A DNA stretch of 64,000 bases from an uncultured Alphaproteobacteria bacterium. GTDB lineage: Bacteria; Pseudomonadota; Alphaproteobacteria; RF32; CAG-239. Positions 18,636 through 29,355 of the stretch are shown here, piece by piece; position 1 is the stretch's first letter, and each line of letters starts with the position of its first letter. Where the stretch lies: contig CASDOS010000047.1 of NCBI GenBank assembly GCA_949282205.1, forward strand, positions 21,925-85,924, written 5' to 3'. The notes beneath the pieces are model-generated. The model worked only from the letters and a program-made list of their open reading frames with translations. It did not search any database and had not been told where the DNA came from. The position numbers and the translations under genes were made by a program.

Positions 18636-20420
18636 ATGCAGGCGGCATTGCAGAATATAGCTGGGATTTTGGTTCAAAAACTTAGCGAATTCGGACATTT
18701 TTATAAGAAAAATTTCTGTCCGAAATTGGTGGAAGTTTTAAGTAAAGGATATGATAAAAATAAATTTAAACGTGATACCCTTGCCGGTATGACGGTTGCG
18801 GTGGTTTCTATTCCTTTGGCGATGGCGTTGGCGATTGCTTCCGGCGTTACTCCGGCGCAAGGTTTGTATACGGCGATTGTGGCCGGTTTCTTTATTGCGC
18901 TTTTGGGCGGGTCAAAATATCAAATCGGCGGACCGACGGGTGCGTTTGTTGTGGTTATTTTTAATGTTATCAAAAATTATGGTACTGAAGGTTTAACCAT
19001 GACGATGTTGATTGCCGGTGTTATTCTTATTGTTGCCGGATTTTTGAAATTAGGTACTTATATCAAATATATTCCTTATCCGGTGGTTACGGGATTTACC
19101 GCAGGTATCGGCTTGATGCTTATTACCACACAAGTTAAAGATTTACTTGGGCTTGAGATGCAAAATGTACCGGCTGAGTTTTTGCCTAAATGGCAGGCTT
19201 ATTTCCAGAATTTTGGTAATTTTAGTTTTGCTTCGGTGACGATTGCTCTGTTTTCTTTTGGTGCGATTTTTTATGTTCGGCGTAAATTTCCTAATCTTCC
19301 GGCTTATTTGGTGGCAGTGGTTGGTGCAACAATTTTGGTTGCTTTTTTTGCAATGTTTTCGGCTGCTCCCGATACTATCGGTTCTAAATTCGGTGCTATT
19401 CCGCATTTCTTGCCCGCTCCACAGTTGCCTGATTTTGATTTGAATTTGATGCTTAAAGTCTTTCCGAGTGGCTTGACCATCGCTTTTCTGACCGGCGTCG
19501 AATCGCTTTTGAGCGCAACGGTGGTTGACGGTATGAGCGGTGATAATCATAATTCTAATGCCGAATTGATTGCCGAAGGTGTGGCGAATTTGATGAGTAT
19601 GCTGTTTATGGGCGTCCCGGCAACCGGCGCAATCGCTCGTACCGCTACGAACTATAAATCCGGCGGTTATTCGCCAATGGCCGGTATTATGCAATCTGTT
19701 ATTTTGCTGTTGTTTATGTTGTTGCTTGCCGGTGTGGCTAAGTTTATTCCGCTCGCTTGTTTGTCGGCCGTATTGGTTTTAGTGGGATGGAATATGCTTA
19801 ATTTGACTAAGATGTATTATCTTTTGAAAGGGGCAAAAGGCGATGCCATTACTTTGGTGGTTACGCTCTTGTTGACGGTGTTGGTCGATTTGAATACCGG
19901 TATTTCCGTCGGGTTTATCCTCTCCAGCATTATCTTTATGCATCGCATGAGCCGTGAAATTGAAATTGAAACCGATGAAAAGGCTTTGGTTTATCAGGGG
20001 GGCGGACGTGATTTGTCACAAGTTTTGCATGAACAAGGTGTGATTTCTCTTCGCTTCTCAGGGCCTCTTTTCTTTGGTGATGCTTTGGATGTTACTCGCT
20101 TTTTGCAAAAACTCAGAACCGAACCGAAAATTATTATCATTCGTATGGGATATGTCCCGATGGTTGATATTAGCGGAGCTAACGCTCTGGTCGGCTTTAT
20201 TGAAAGAGTGAAGAAAAAACACGGTGCGAAAATTATTCTTTCCAATATCAAAAAACAACCGCGGCGTATGTTGCATGAAGCCTTTTTGCAAAACGGTTTG
20301 ACTTGGCATGATATTTCTACTGCCACGACTTTTGAAAATGCGCTTAAAATTACCAGACGCTATCTCAGAATGAAGAAACGGCAGGAAACTCAGTTAAACG
20401 GCGCAATTGCCGCAGAATAA
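18636..20420 (+). CDS. SulP-family anion transporter with C-terminal STAS domain
   Basis: A polytopic membrane core followed by a STAS-like C-terminus (ISLRFSGPLFFGDA...VDISGANAL). Confidence 0.88.
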   Translation: MQAALQNIAGILVQKLSEFGHFYKKNFCPKLVEVLSKGYDKNKFKRDTLAGMTVAVVSIPLAMALAIASGVTPAQGLYTAIVAGFFIALLGGSKYQIGGPTGAFVVVIFNVIKNYGTEGLTMTMLIAGVILIVAGFLKLGTYIKYIPYPVVTGFTAGIGLMLITTQVKDLLGLEMQNVPAEFLPKWQAYFQNFGNFSFASVTIALFSFGAIFYVRRKFPNLPAYLVAVVGATILVAFFAMFSAAPDTIGSKFGAIPHFLPAPQLPDFDLNLMLKVFPSGLTIAFLTGVESLLSATVVDGMSGDNHNSNAELIAEGVANLMSMLFMGVPATGAIARTATNYKSGGYSPMAGIMQSVILLLFMLLLAGVAKFIPLACLSAVLVLVGWNMLNLTKMYYLLKGAKGDAITLVVTLLLTVLVDLNTGISVGFILSSIIFMHRMSREIEIETDEKALVYQGGGRDLSQVLHEQGVISLRFSGPLFFGDALDVTRFLQKLRTEPKIIIIRMGYVPMVDISGANALVGFIERVKKKHGAKIILSNIKKQPRRMLHEAFLQNGLTWHDISTATTFENALKITRRYLRMKKRQETQLNGAIAAE

Positions 20421-20595
20421 TCTCTGCTGATATGGTTTTGCTGATGTGGAGGGGCTCTCTCTTAGGTTTTCGACCGGGTGAGAACTTTTTTATCTCCCGA
20501 GGAATAAGATGATATGTTGCGGTTTTGTTCTTTTAACTTTACTTTTGCCTTTTTCTTGCTATAATTCGCCTATATTTTAATGGTGGGCGCTGCTG

Positions 20596-21930
20596 ATGAA
20601 TTTGGTTAATCAACAAGAAGTTAATGCCTTGAAGGCTATTTCCAAATCGGTCAAGGATTTGGATGACCTTAATCTGACACAGCGGAAATTGTTTGATAAA
20701 ATTGAGCATACGCACAATAATATCTTTATTCAAGGACAGGCCGGTACCGGTAAATCTACCTTTATCAAATATCTTAAAAAACACTCAAAAAAACGTATTC
20801 GTCTGGTTGCGCCGACGGCTATTGCCGCCCTCAATATCGAGGGGGCAACCATTCATTCTATGTTTACACTGCCGTTAAGCGATTTTTTGATTATGCGCGA
20901 AGTGCTTGCTTCGAAACGTCGTAAACTTAAATCTATTTTGAAGAAAACCGATATTCTTATTATTGATGAAGTATCGATGGTGCGTCCCGATATTTTGGAT
21001 GCGATTGAAGCGCTTTGTTGCCAAGCGAGGGGGAATTTGGCATTATTCGGTGGGTTGCAGATTATTCTTATCGGGGATTTGTGTCAGCTGCCGCCGATTA
21101 TCAAACCTTCGGCTGCTGAGGCGTTTCGCTTGGAATACGGAACGCGTGAACCATACTTCTTTGATGCGAAATCATATCAAAAAGGTGCATTTGAAAAAAT
21201 TGAATTGACAGAGGTCTATCGCCAAAGTGATAAGGAACTTTTGCAATATCTGCAAAATTTACGGCGTGATGAAAATATTGCCGAAACGGTTGATTATTTT
21301 AATCGTGCTGAAACTTATCCTCCTGATTTTATGAATACCGCTATTACAATTACTCCTTATCGGGCTGTGGCGGAAGGAATTAATCGTCGACGATTGGCGG
21401 CTCTCAATACGCTTACTAAAGATTATGAAGCGCAACTCAATGGTTCGTTTGAAAAAATGCAAGATACTCCTTCGCCCAAAACGCTTACTCTTAAAGAGGG
21501 GGCTTTGGTCGTGTTTAATAAAAATAACTATCCCGATTATATTAACGGAACATCCGGTATTGTTGAAAAATTAGAAGAACGTTATATCATTGTGCGTTGT
21601 CTGCAGGATAATAAATTTATTACCGTACGGCGTGAAGAGTGGAAGTCGTTTGCTTATGATGTTAATGAGGAAACAGGCGAAGTGACCGAAAAGGAAACCG
21701 GCTCGTTTATTCAATTTCCGTTGCAACTCGGTTATGCGCTCACTATTCATAAAGCGCAGGGAAAAACACTTGATCGGGTTATCGTCGATATTGACCGAGG
21801 CGCGTTTGCGCATGGACAACTTTATGTCGCTCTTTCGCGTACGCGTAAAAAAGCCGATATGTTGATTAAACACGGACTTTCTGATGATGATATTATCTTT
21901 TCCGAACGGATTAAAAGTTTTTTGCGGTAA
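20596..21930 (+). CDS. PIF1/RecD-like SF1B DNA helicase (444 aa)
   Basis: Walker A GQAGTGKST, Walker B IIDEVSMV, GDLCQLPP, TIHKAQGKTLD, YVALSRTR. Confidence 0.85.
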   Translation: MNLVNQQEVNALKAISKSVKDLDDLNLTQRKLFDKIEHTHNNIFIQGQAGTGKSTFIKYLKKHSKKRIRLVAPTAIAALNIEGATIHSMFTLPLSDFLIMREVLASKRRKLKSILKKTDILIIDEVSMVRPDILDAIEALCCQARGNLALFGGLQIILIGDLCQLPPIIKPSAAEAFRLEYGTREPYFFDAKSYQKGAFEKIELTEVYRQSDKELLQYLQNLRRDENIAETVDYFNRAETYPPDFMNTAITITPYRAVAEGINRRRLAALNTLTKDYEAQLNGSFEKMQDTPSPKTLTLKEGALVVFNKNNYPDYINGTSGIVEKLEERYIIVRCLQDNKFITVRREEWKSFAYDVNEETGEVTEKETGSFIQFPLQLGYALTIHKAQGKTLDRVIVDIDRGAFAHGQLYVALSRTRKKADMLIKHGLSDDDIIFSERIKSFLR

Positions 21931-22038
21931 GCGGACTTTTACTGCTCGTCTTTGCGGGTGGGGGTATTAACGTTTGTGGAACGGAAAAATTAAAATTTAT
22001 TTTGTTTTTTGTGCTTTTTTTAATACTTCATTTAGATA

Positions 22039-22066
22039 TTGACACTTAAACTGTCTTTATTATATT
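22039..22066 (+). promoter_or_regulatory. Sigma70-like promoter of mraY
   Basis: TTGACA-N16-TATATT, 40 nt upstream of the ATG. Confidence 0.6.
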
Positions 22067-22106
22067 TTCTGGCTTTAATGTAACTTTTTCGAATGGGATT
22101 TTTAAT

Positions 22107-23153
22107 ATGTGGTCTATGTGGTCTTATGCACCGGAAACCGTGCCGTTAAGAGCGGCCGCGGCGTTTGCTTTGGCGTTAATCGTTTCGCTTTTATTCGGCG
22201 GAAGACTGATTGAATTCTTAAAAGGACGGGAAAAAGGTGGGCAACCTATTCGCGGTGACGGGCCTAAATCGCATATTGAAGAGAAAAAAGGTACGCCGAC
22301 AATGGGGGGATTGCTTATCTTGGGGACGAGTTTGCTCGCAATGCTCTTGTTTGCTAATGTTAAACAGCATTTCGTCTGGATTTCTATGTTGGTGTTGCTC
22401 GTCTATGGTTTGACCGGTTTTGCTGATGATTATGTTAAAGTGAAAAAACAAACACCTAATGCGATGACGGCTAAAATGAAACTCTTTATTCAATTTATGG
22501 CGGCGGTCTTGGCGGTTAATGTTATTGCCGCTGCAACTCCTAACTCGATTGAAAGTCAGCTCTTTGTGCCTTATTTCAATTGGTCGTTCCAGCTTTCTTG
22601 GGTATATATTCCGTTTGCCGTTTTGGTTATTTCCGGTGCTTCCAATGCTGTTAATCTTAGCGATGGTTTGGATGGATTGGCGGCAGGAATGCTCGCAATT
22701 GTCTTTTCTGTATTTATGATTTTTGCTTTTGCAACCGGATATCCGGTATTTAATGAAACCGCTTTCCCCTATGTCCCGAAAAGTGCCGAAATGGCGGTGG
22801 TTTGCGCTGCTCTTGCCGGGGCTTGTATCGGGTTCTTGTGGTTTAATATCAAAAAGGCGCGCGTCTTTATGGGAGATACGGGCTCATTGGCGTTAGGCGC
22901 TGTGCTTGGCGTTATCGCAGTTATCTTAAAACATGAAATCTTATTGGCGATTGTTGGTATTGTTTTTGTGATTGAAACAGTTTCGGTTATGATACAGGTG
23001 CTTTACTATAAAAAAACAGGAAAACGCTTCTTTAAAATGGCTCCCATTCATCATCACTTTGAACAGCTCGGTTGGAGCGAAGTTAAAGTTGTGTATACGT
23101 TTTGGGCGGTGACGGTGCTTGCTTCTTTTGTCGGTTTGTTGACTTTAATCTAA
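22107..23153 (+). CDS. mraY: Phospho-N-acetylmuramoyl-pentapeptide transferase
   Basis: KKGTPTMGG, NAVNLSDGLDGLA, MGDTGSLALG, APIHHHFE. Confidence 0.95.
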   Translation: MWSMWSYAPETVPLRAAAAFALALIVSLLFGGRLIEFLKGREKGGQPIRGDGPKSHIEEKKGTPTMGGLLILGTSLLAMLLFANVKQHFVWISMLVLLVYGLTGFADDYVKVKKQTPNAMTAKMKLFIQFMAAVLAVNVIAAATPNSIESQLFVPYFNWSFQLSWVYIPFAVLVISGASNAVNLSDGLDGLAAGMLAIVFSVFMIFAFATGYPVFNETAFPYVPKSAEMAVVCAALAGACIGFLWFNIKKARVFMGDTGSLALGAVLGVIAVILKHEILLAIVGIVFVIETVSVMIQVLYYKKTGKRFFKMAPIHHHFEQLGWSEVKVVYTFWAVTVLASFVGLLTLI

Positions 23154-23171
23154 ACGGGGAGCGAGTTGAGA

Positions 23172-24305
23172 ATGTTTTCTTTTGCAAGGCATAGTAAAAG
23201 TAAAATTTCCAACTGGTGGTGGACTGTTGATAAAGTCAGTTTTTCTTTAACTTTGTTTCTGATTTTTATTGGGGCTATGTTGGTTTTGTCTGCCAGTCCC
23301 TCGGCTGCGCATCGCGACCGCTTGGTCGATGATTTTTCATTTATTAAAAAACAGGGCGTGTTTATCTTCGTCGGCTTGGTGCTCATGATTGGTATCTCGA
23401 TGCAGAGTTTACGCACTATTCGGCGCCTGGCTGTGTTGGGCTTCTTATGCGCTTTTGTCGGGGTTATTCTGACTTATGTCGTCGGTGATGCTACGAAAGG
23501 TGCTGCCAGATGGATTAAATTTGCCGGCTTTTCTTTGCAACCTTCCGAATTTATTAAGCCGGTCTTTATTGTTGTTACGGCGTGGCTCTTGGATGCTAAT
23601 AAAAAAATTGAAGATTTTCCGGGGATGACCTTATCGGTGGTGTTGTTCTTAATTACCGCTCTTTCCGTTTTCGGACAACCGGATTTGGGTATGACCGTGC
23701 TTATTTCCGGCGTCTGGGCGTTGCAAATGGTTTGGGCGGGAATCCCTGTCTGGCTTATTGCAACACTCTTTTCCGCAGGGCTGGTCTTGGTGACAGGCTC
23801 GTATTTCTTTTTGGCTCATGTGCGCGATCGTATTGATAGATTTTTGGCCTCCGAAAATGAAATCGGTTCCCAAATTCAAAAATCCATGGACGCTTTTGCC
23901 AATGGTAATTTACTCGGCAGAGGACCGGGGGAAGGTTATGTTAAAATGACGCTTCCCGATGTGCATACCGATTTTATTTTTGCTTTGGCCGGCGAAGAGT
24001 ACGGTGTGTGGTTGACTTCTATCATTGTGGCTATTTTTGCCGTTATTGTGGTGCGCTCAATGTCAATTTCCATGCGGGATAATAATCTGTTTGTGATGTA
24101 TGCCGCATCGGGACTTGCGGCTTCTATCGGCGGACAGGCGATTGTTAATATGTGTTCGGCTTTGCAACTTATGCCGGCTAAAGGAATGACGCTGCCGTTT
24201 GTTTCTTACGGCGGATCTTCTATGCTTGCCAGTTGTATCGCTATGGGGATGCTTCTTGCCCTAACCCGTAAAAACGCAACCTCTGAGGATAAAGATAACG
24301 GATAG
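23172..24305 (+). CDS. ftsW: Cell-division lipid II flippase/glycosyltransferase FtsW (SEDS family)
   Basis: SEDS motifs QPSEF.K and PDVHTDFIFA.AGEE. The start could be the TTG at 23166 or the ATG at 23172. Confidence 0.9.
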   Translation: MFSFARHSKSKISNWWWTVDKVSFSLTLFLIFIGAMLVLSASPSAAHRDRLVDDFSFIKKQGVFIFVGLVLMIGISMQSLRTIRRLAVLGFLCAFVGVILTYVVGDATKGAARWIKFAGFSLQPSEFIKPVFIVVTAWLLDANKKIEDFPGMTLSVVLFLITALSVFGQPDLGMTVLISGVWALQMVWAGIPVWLIATLFSAGLVLVTGSYFFLAHVRDRIDRFLASENEIGSQIQKSMDAFANGNLLGRGPGEGYVKMTLPDVHTDFIFALAGEEYGVWLTSIIVAIFAVIVVRSMSISMRDNNLFVMYAASGLAASIGGQAIVNMCSALQLMPAKGMTLPFVSYGGSSMLASCIAMGMLLALTRKNATSEDKDNG

Positions 24306-24369
24306 ACTTGTTTATCTGTTTTTTGTAAATAAATATAATTCGGGGTAACCGAACGAAAAAAGGAGAAAA

Positions 24370-25299
24370 ATGATGTTTGGACGTTTATTCGGTGCTAAAA
24401 CCGCTATCTATGACAGCTTGCCGGAGGTTAAAGGTAAGTATATCGAAAATGTTAAACTTGCCAAGCATACTTGGTTTGGGGTGGGAGGACCCGCTGAAGT
24501 TTTGTTCTTGCCTCATGATGTTGATGATTTGAAAACGTTTTTGATGCGTAAACCCGAAAGTATTCCCGTTACAATTATCGGCGGAGGCTCTAATTTGCTT
24601 ATTCGTGACGGTGGTATTCCCGGTGTGGTGATTAAATTAGATGCGCCCGCGTTTCGTCAGTGTTCTGTTCATGATACCGAAGTGACGGTCGGCGCAGGTA
24701 TGAAAAATAGTGATTTGAAAAAAATTTTGATTGAAAACGGTATCGGCGGTTTGGAATTTGTTTGTTCGGTGCCGGGGCGTATCGGCGGTTTGTTACGCAC
24801 TAACGCCGGGTGTTTCGGTAAAAGTGTTTCCGAAGTGTTTGTTAAAGCGTATATTATGAATGAGTGGGGCAGAGTTTATGAAACTACTGCCGAAGATTTT
24901 AATTTTTCTTATCGCTCCAGTATGTTTCCAGATGATTGGATTATTCTTGATGTTACTCTTAAAGGGGGGAAAGCAGAGCCGCAAGAAATTAAAAAAATTA
25001 TGGATGAACAGCAACGCTATCGTATGGAACATCAACCGATTAATAAAAAAACAGCCGGTTCGACATTTAAAAATCCTGATGGATTGCAAGCGTGGAAACT
25101 TATTAAAGAAGCTGGTTGTGCCGGACTTAAAGTCGGGGGAGCAGAGGTTTCTGACAAACATTGTAATTTCTTGATTAATCGAGGAACGGCTACGGCTCAG
25201 GATATTGAAGAATTGGGCGAGCTGATTATTGAAAAAGTTAAACAAAAAACCGCTATTACTTTAGAGTGGGAAGTGCGTCGTATGGGTGTTAAAAAATAA
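24370..25299 (+). CDS. murB: UDP-N-acetylenolpyruvoylglucosamine reductase
   Basis: FAD-binding GGGSNLL and GSTFKNP motifs; AGGAG SD. Confidence 0.93.
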   Translation: MMFGRLFGAKTAIYDSLPEVKGKYIENVKLAKHTWFGVGGPAEVLFLPHDVDDLKTFLMRKPESIPVTIIGGGSNLLIRDGGIPGVVIKLDAPAFRQCSVHDTEVTVGAGMKNSDLKKILIENGIGGLEFVCSVPGRIGGLLRTNAGCFGKSVSEVFVKAYIMNEWGRVYETTAEDFNFSYRSSMFPDDWIILDVTLKGGKAEPQEIKKIMDEQQRYRMEHQPINKKTAGSTFKNPDGLQAWKLIKEAGCAGLKVGGAEVSDKHCNFLINRGTATAQDIEELGELIIEKVKQKTAITLEWEVRRMGVKK

Positions 25300-25320
25300 A
25301 AGGTAAAAAAGTCAACGAAG

Positions 25321-26163
25321 ATGGTAACTGCAACTGATAATAAATTGAATTTACAAGATTTACGCGTCTATCCGGTGCATGAGTGGGTGTATCGATTGGT
25401 CGGTGTTGTGGTCGCTTTTTTAATTATTCTATCACTTTCGCTTACCGCCGTAACCGTCAGAGATAACGTGATTTCTGTGCAATTTGATAAATTGATGCAG
25501 GCGGTTTATAAAATTTCTGCCGATTATGGGCTTTATGTCGAAGACGTGATTGTGGAGGGGAATCACAGAACTTCTTACGAAGATTTAATTCAGGCTCTTA
25601 ATCTCTCTGAAAATGAAAGTATTTTGGGGGTTGATATCGAAAAATTGCAATCTCAAATCGAACAGTTGACTTGGGTGCGCAGTTGCGTGGTTAAGAGAAG
25701 TTTCTTCCCCAATAATATTCTCGTTAATATTCAAGAGAGAGAAGTGAAAGCTATTTGGCAATATGAGGGACGTTATTATCCTGTCGATACCGAGGGAAAT
25801 GTCATTGAAGTCGAAGATTATGAACCCGATGCGCCTATTCTTATCTTAACCGGTGACGGGGCTCCGCACCATTTGACCGAACTTCTTGATGTGTTGGCTA
25901 CCGATGAGGAATTGGAAGGGAGAGTTAAAGCAGCTGTGTATGTTTCTAATCGGCGTTGGAATTTGATTTTTGATAATGTCAATAATGGTATTGTCGTTAA
26001 ATTGCCCGAAAAGAAATTTGCCGAAGCATACCAAAAAATCGCATTATTAAATAAAAGACAGGGAATTTTTAAACGTAAATTAACTTCCTTTGATGTAAGA
26101 TACAAAAATAGAATAATTGTTGATATTGATAAATCTGTTGAAGATTTGATGCTTAAAAGATAA
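25321..26163 (+). CDS. ftsQ: Cell division protein FtsQ
   Basis: N-terminal TM, then a POTRA-like region and the FtsQ region. Position between murB and ftsA. Confidence 0.85.
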   Translation: MVTATDNKLNLQDLRVYPVHEWVYRLVGVVVAFLIILSLSLTAVTVRDNVISVQFDKLMQAVYKISADYGLYVEDVIVEGNHRTSYEDLIQALNLSENESILGVDIEKLQSQIEQLTWVRSCVVKRSFFPNNILVNIQEREVKAIWQYEGRYYPVDTEGNVIEVEDYEPDAPILILTGDGAPHHLTELLDVLATDEELEGRVKAAVYVSNRRWNLIFDNVNNGIVVKLPEKKFAEAYQKIALLNKRQGIFKRKLTSFDVRYKNRIIVDIDKSVEDLMLKR

Positions 26164-26181
26164 AAACGTAAAGGGATTAAT

Positions 26182-27435
26182 ATGAACCACTCTTTTAACA
26201 GATCGCCAATCGTGGCTGCTTTGGATATCGGTACTTCTAAGGTCTGCTGTATTATTGCCAAAATTACAAAAGAAAAAAGAGTTTCTATTTTGGGATATGG
26301 CTATAACGCGGCGAAAGGAATTAAAAACGGCGTGGTTACCGATGTTAATCAGGCGACAATCGCTGTTTGCAACGCCGTGGAAGCGGCTGAACAGATGGCT
26401 AATGAGCGTATTACCGGTGTGATTGTTAATGTTTCCGGTGACAGAACACGCAGTGTCGTCAGGAGTTCCTCCATCTCTTTACACAAAAACAGACCGGTTT
26501 CCGAAGAAGATGTTAAAAAAGTTACCGATAAAGGGTTGATGAAAGTTAATGTGGAAGGTAACGAACCTATCCATTTCTTAACGATGGGCTATCATGTTGA
26601 TAATGGCGAAGAAGTTAAAAATCCTATCAGCATTTACGGAGATACCCTTAACGTAAATATCCTCTTGGGACTTTATCCGAAGCCAATGTATAAAAACTTG
26701 GCGACTGTTGTGGAAAGCTCGCATTTGGATATTGATATGAAAGCCTTTTCCGCATATGCATCGGGGCTTTCTTGCTTGGTTGATGACGAAAAAGAATTAG
26801 GCGCAACTATTATTGATATCGGCGGTGGTACCACCAGCATCGCTACTTTTAAAAACGGACATCCGGTTTATTTCTCGTCTATTCCCGTGGGCGGTATTAA
26901 TGTTACCAACGATATTGCACTTGGTCTTACAACTTCATTCAATTATGCCGAAGAAGTGAAAAATCGTCATGGGTGCGCGTTCCTCATCAGTCAAGATGAA
27001 CAGGAAATTATCAATGTTTATCCCGTCGGTGAAGAAGATGACAGTAATATCAAACAAATCTATCGCTCCGATTTGATTAACATTATTTCTCCTCGTATTG
27101 AAGAAATTTTTGAATTAGTTGGACGTAAACTTGATGAGGCCGGTTATAAAAATACAGCCTCTCACAGAGTGGTTTTAACCGGTGGTGCGGCTCAGCTTCC
27201 GGGGATGCGTGAAGTGGCCAGTATGGTGCTTGATAAACAGGTGAGAATCGGTAGACCGCGTAATATCGAAAATATTCCACAGGTGCTCCATAATCCGACG
27301 TTCTCTACCGCTCTCGGGCTACTCTTGTTCGCGGTTAATAACGCGGAACGTAAAATTGTTAAAAAGGTTAATGTCAGTTCCAATACCGACGGTATTTTTG
27401 CAAAAATTTTGGAATTGTTTAAAAAAACTTGCTAG
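26182..27435 (+). CDS. ftsA: Cell division protein FtsA
   Basis: Actin-fold motifs LDIGTSKV and IDIGGGTT, with a C-terminal amphipathic helix. Confidence 0.93.
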   Translation: MNHSFNRSPIVAALDIGTSKVCCIIAKITKEKRVSILGYGYNAAKGIKNGVVTDVNQATIAVCNAVEAAEQMANERITGVIVNVSGDRTRSVVRSSSISLHKNRPVSEEDVKKVTDKGLMKVNVEGNEPIHFLTMGYHVDNGEEVKNPISIYGDTLNVNILLGLYPKPMYKNLATVVESSHLDIDMKAFSAYASGLSCLVDDEKELGATIIDIGGGTTSIATFKNGHPVYFSSIPVGGINVTNDIALGLTTSFNYAEEVKNRHGCAFLISQDEQEIINVYPVGEEDDSNIKQIYRSDLINIISPRIEEIFELVGRKLDEAGYKNTASHRVVLTGGAAQLPGMREVASMVLDKQVRIGRPRNIENIPQVLHNPTFSTALGLLLFAVNNAERKIVKKVNVSSNTDGIFAKILELFKKTC

Positions 27436-27517
27436 TCGGTAACGAAAACTTAATTTATTTAAAGCTAAAATCCGCTTAAAAATAGATTTTAGCTTTTTTT
27501 TATACGGAGATAATAAT

Positions 27518-29146
27518 ATGGCAATTAAATTAGCTGTCGGGGATACAAGTTTTACTCATTTGAAACCAAGAATTACGGTTATCGGTGTCGGTGGCGGCGG
27601 CGGTAACGCTATCAGTAATATGATGGCTAAAAATTTGGAAGGGGTGGATTTTGTTGTTGCTAATACCGATGCGCAGGCGTTGGCTCTCTCTCCGGCTACC
27701 CGTAAAATTCAACTCGGTCTTGAAATTACTCAAGGTTTAGGGGCTGGCGCAAGACCAGAAATCGGTAAAATGGCTGCCGAAGAAGCTAAAGAAGATATTG
27801 AAAAAGAATTGGCTGATTCCAATATGGTATTTATTACCGCCGGTATGGGCGGCGGTACAGGTTCCGGGGCTGCTCCCGTTGTGGCTAAAATCGCTAAAGA
27901 AAAAGGTATTTTAACGGTCGGCGTGGTTACTAAACCTTTTGCTTTTGAAGGCAAGAAAAGAATGGAAAACGCTGAGTCCGCTCTTGAAAACTTTATTAAA
28001 GAAGTTGATAGTATTATCGTTATTCCGAACCAGAACCTCTTTAGAATCGCTGATAAAAATACAACTCTTAAAGATGCTTTTGTTAAAGCTGATGAAGTAC
28101 TTTATGACGGTGTTCGCTCCATTACGGATTTGATGATTATGCCGGGGTTGATTAATCTTGATTTTGCCGATGTTAAACGTATTATGGAAGATAAAGGTAA
28201 GGCTATTATGGGAACCGGCGAAGCTGAAGGCGAGGATAGAGCTCGCGTGGCTGCCGAACAGGCTCTTTCTAACCCAATTCTTGACGATTGCTCTATGAAA
28301 GGGGCTAAAGGCGTGCTCATCAATATTACCGGTGGTTCGGATATTACTTTGATGGAAATTGATGAGGCTGTTAATATTATTCGTGAAGAAGTTGATGAAG
28401 ACGCAGAAATTATTTTCGGTTCCAGCTATGATGATTCTTTATCCGGGCGTATTCGTGTTTCTATTGTGGTTACAGGTATTGACGATGATGCGCCGATGCA
28501 GGTTTTGAAACCAAAAGAAATGAGCGAATATGTTGATTTAGACGCAGGGCAAGAACTTGAAAACAACGAACCGGTTATGGAAAATGTTGTTGAAGAAGAA
28601 GTTGTTGTTGCTGAAGAAAATCCGATTGAACTTAATAATGTTGTTGAATTGACTACCGCTAAAAAGGCTAATGCTCCGAAACAAGAGGAATTTGCCGCTC
28701 TTAAAACTGAGGAAGAAAACGAAGAACCTCACACATCTTCCGCTTTGTTTAACGCTATTATCAATAAGCCGGTTGTGGCTAATGCAGAAGAAGCTGCTCA
28801 GGTTAAATCTGAATTAGCAGAAATTAAAGTTGACAGAGCTTTTGTTCCAACCGCTCGGGTTAAAATTATTGAAGAAGAACCGCAACTCTTCCCCGAACAG
28901 GGCGAAGTTGAACTGCCGCGCGAAAGAAAAGCTCGTGAGGAAGCTCAAGCTATGATCCAAGATGAACCCGAAGAACCTTCTCGTCAGCGCTTTATTGATA
29001 AAATCTTGGGTATCTCGCGCGCTAAGGCTAAAAAGCCCGTGAAACCCGTGATTGTTCCGAAGTTTGATGAAATCGAAGATTTTGCCGAGAAAGAAAGCTC
29101 CAATGATGATGATTTGGAAATTCCGTCTTTCTTGCGTCGCAGATAA
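27518..29146 (+). CDS. ftsZ: Cell division GTPase FtsZ with a long acidic linker
   Basis: [26 protein letters not shown]; C-terminal peptide [12 protein letters not shown]. Confidence 0.97.
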   Translation: MAIKLAVGDTSFTHLKPRITVIGVGGGGGNAISNMMAKNLEGVDFVVANTDAQALALSPATRKIQLGLEITQGLGAGARPEIGKMAAEEAKEDIEKELADSNMVFITAGMGGGTGSGAAPVVAKIAKEKGILTVGVVTKPFAFEGKKRMENAESALENFIKEVDSIIVIPNQNLFRIADKNTTLKDAFVKADEVLYDGVRSITDLMIMPGLINLDFADVKRIMEDKGKAIMGTGEAEGEDRARVAAEQALSNPILDDCSMKGAKGVLINITGGSDITLMEIDEAVNIIREEVDEDAEIIFGSSYDDSLSGRIRVSIVVTGIDDDAPMQVLKPKEMSEYVDLDAGQELENNEPVMENVVEEEVVVAEENPIELNNVVELTTAKKANAPKQEEFAALKTEEENEEPHTSSALFNAIINKPVVANAEEAAQVKSELAEIKVDRAFVPTARVKIIEEEPQLFPEQGEVELPRERKAREEAQAMIQDEPEEPSRQRFIDKILGISRAKAKKPVKPVIVPKFDEIEDFAEKESSNDDDLEIPSFLRRR

Positions 29147-29170
29147 TCTTTCAAACTGTCAGACAATCAT

Positions 29171-29199
29171 AAACCTCCTTCTTAAGGGAGGTTTTTTTT
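29171..29199 (+). terminator. Intrinsic terminator of ftsZ
   Basis: aacctcctt / agggaggtt stem followed by T8. Confidence 0.85.
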
Positions 29200-29267
29200 G
29201 TGCCTGAGTGGGGGAATGTATTGGTGATGATAATCTTTCGTAGTTGGAGAATATATTTTTGCAGCTT

Positions 29268-29301
29268 AAAAAAAATCCCCGATAAATTTAACTATCGGGG
29301 A
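29268..29301 (-). terminator. Intrinsic terminator of 29356..29937
   Basis: tccccgata / tatcgggga 9-bp stem; an A8 run on the plus strand gives T8 on the minus strand. Confidence 0.8.
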
Positions 29302-29355
29302 GTGGGTTTTATAAAGTTGGTGAGAGAATATGTACGGTGTTGTACATCTTTCCTC

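Noticed and set aside
27518-29146. The very long (~220 aa) acidic linker in FtsZ, considered as a possible anomaly or fusion.
   Set aside because: Long disordered linkers before the conserved C-terminal peptide (here [12 protein letters not shown]) are normal for alphaproteobacterial FtsZ.
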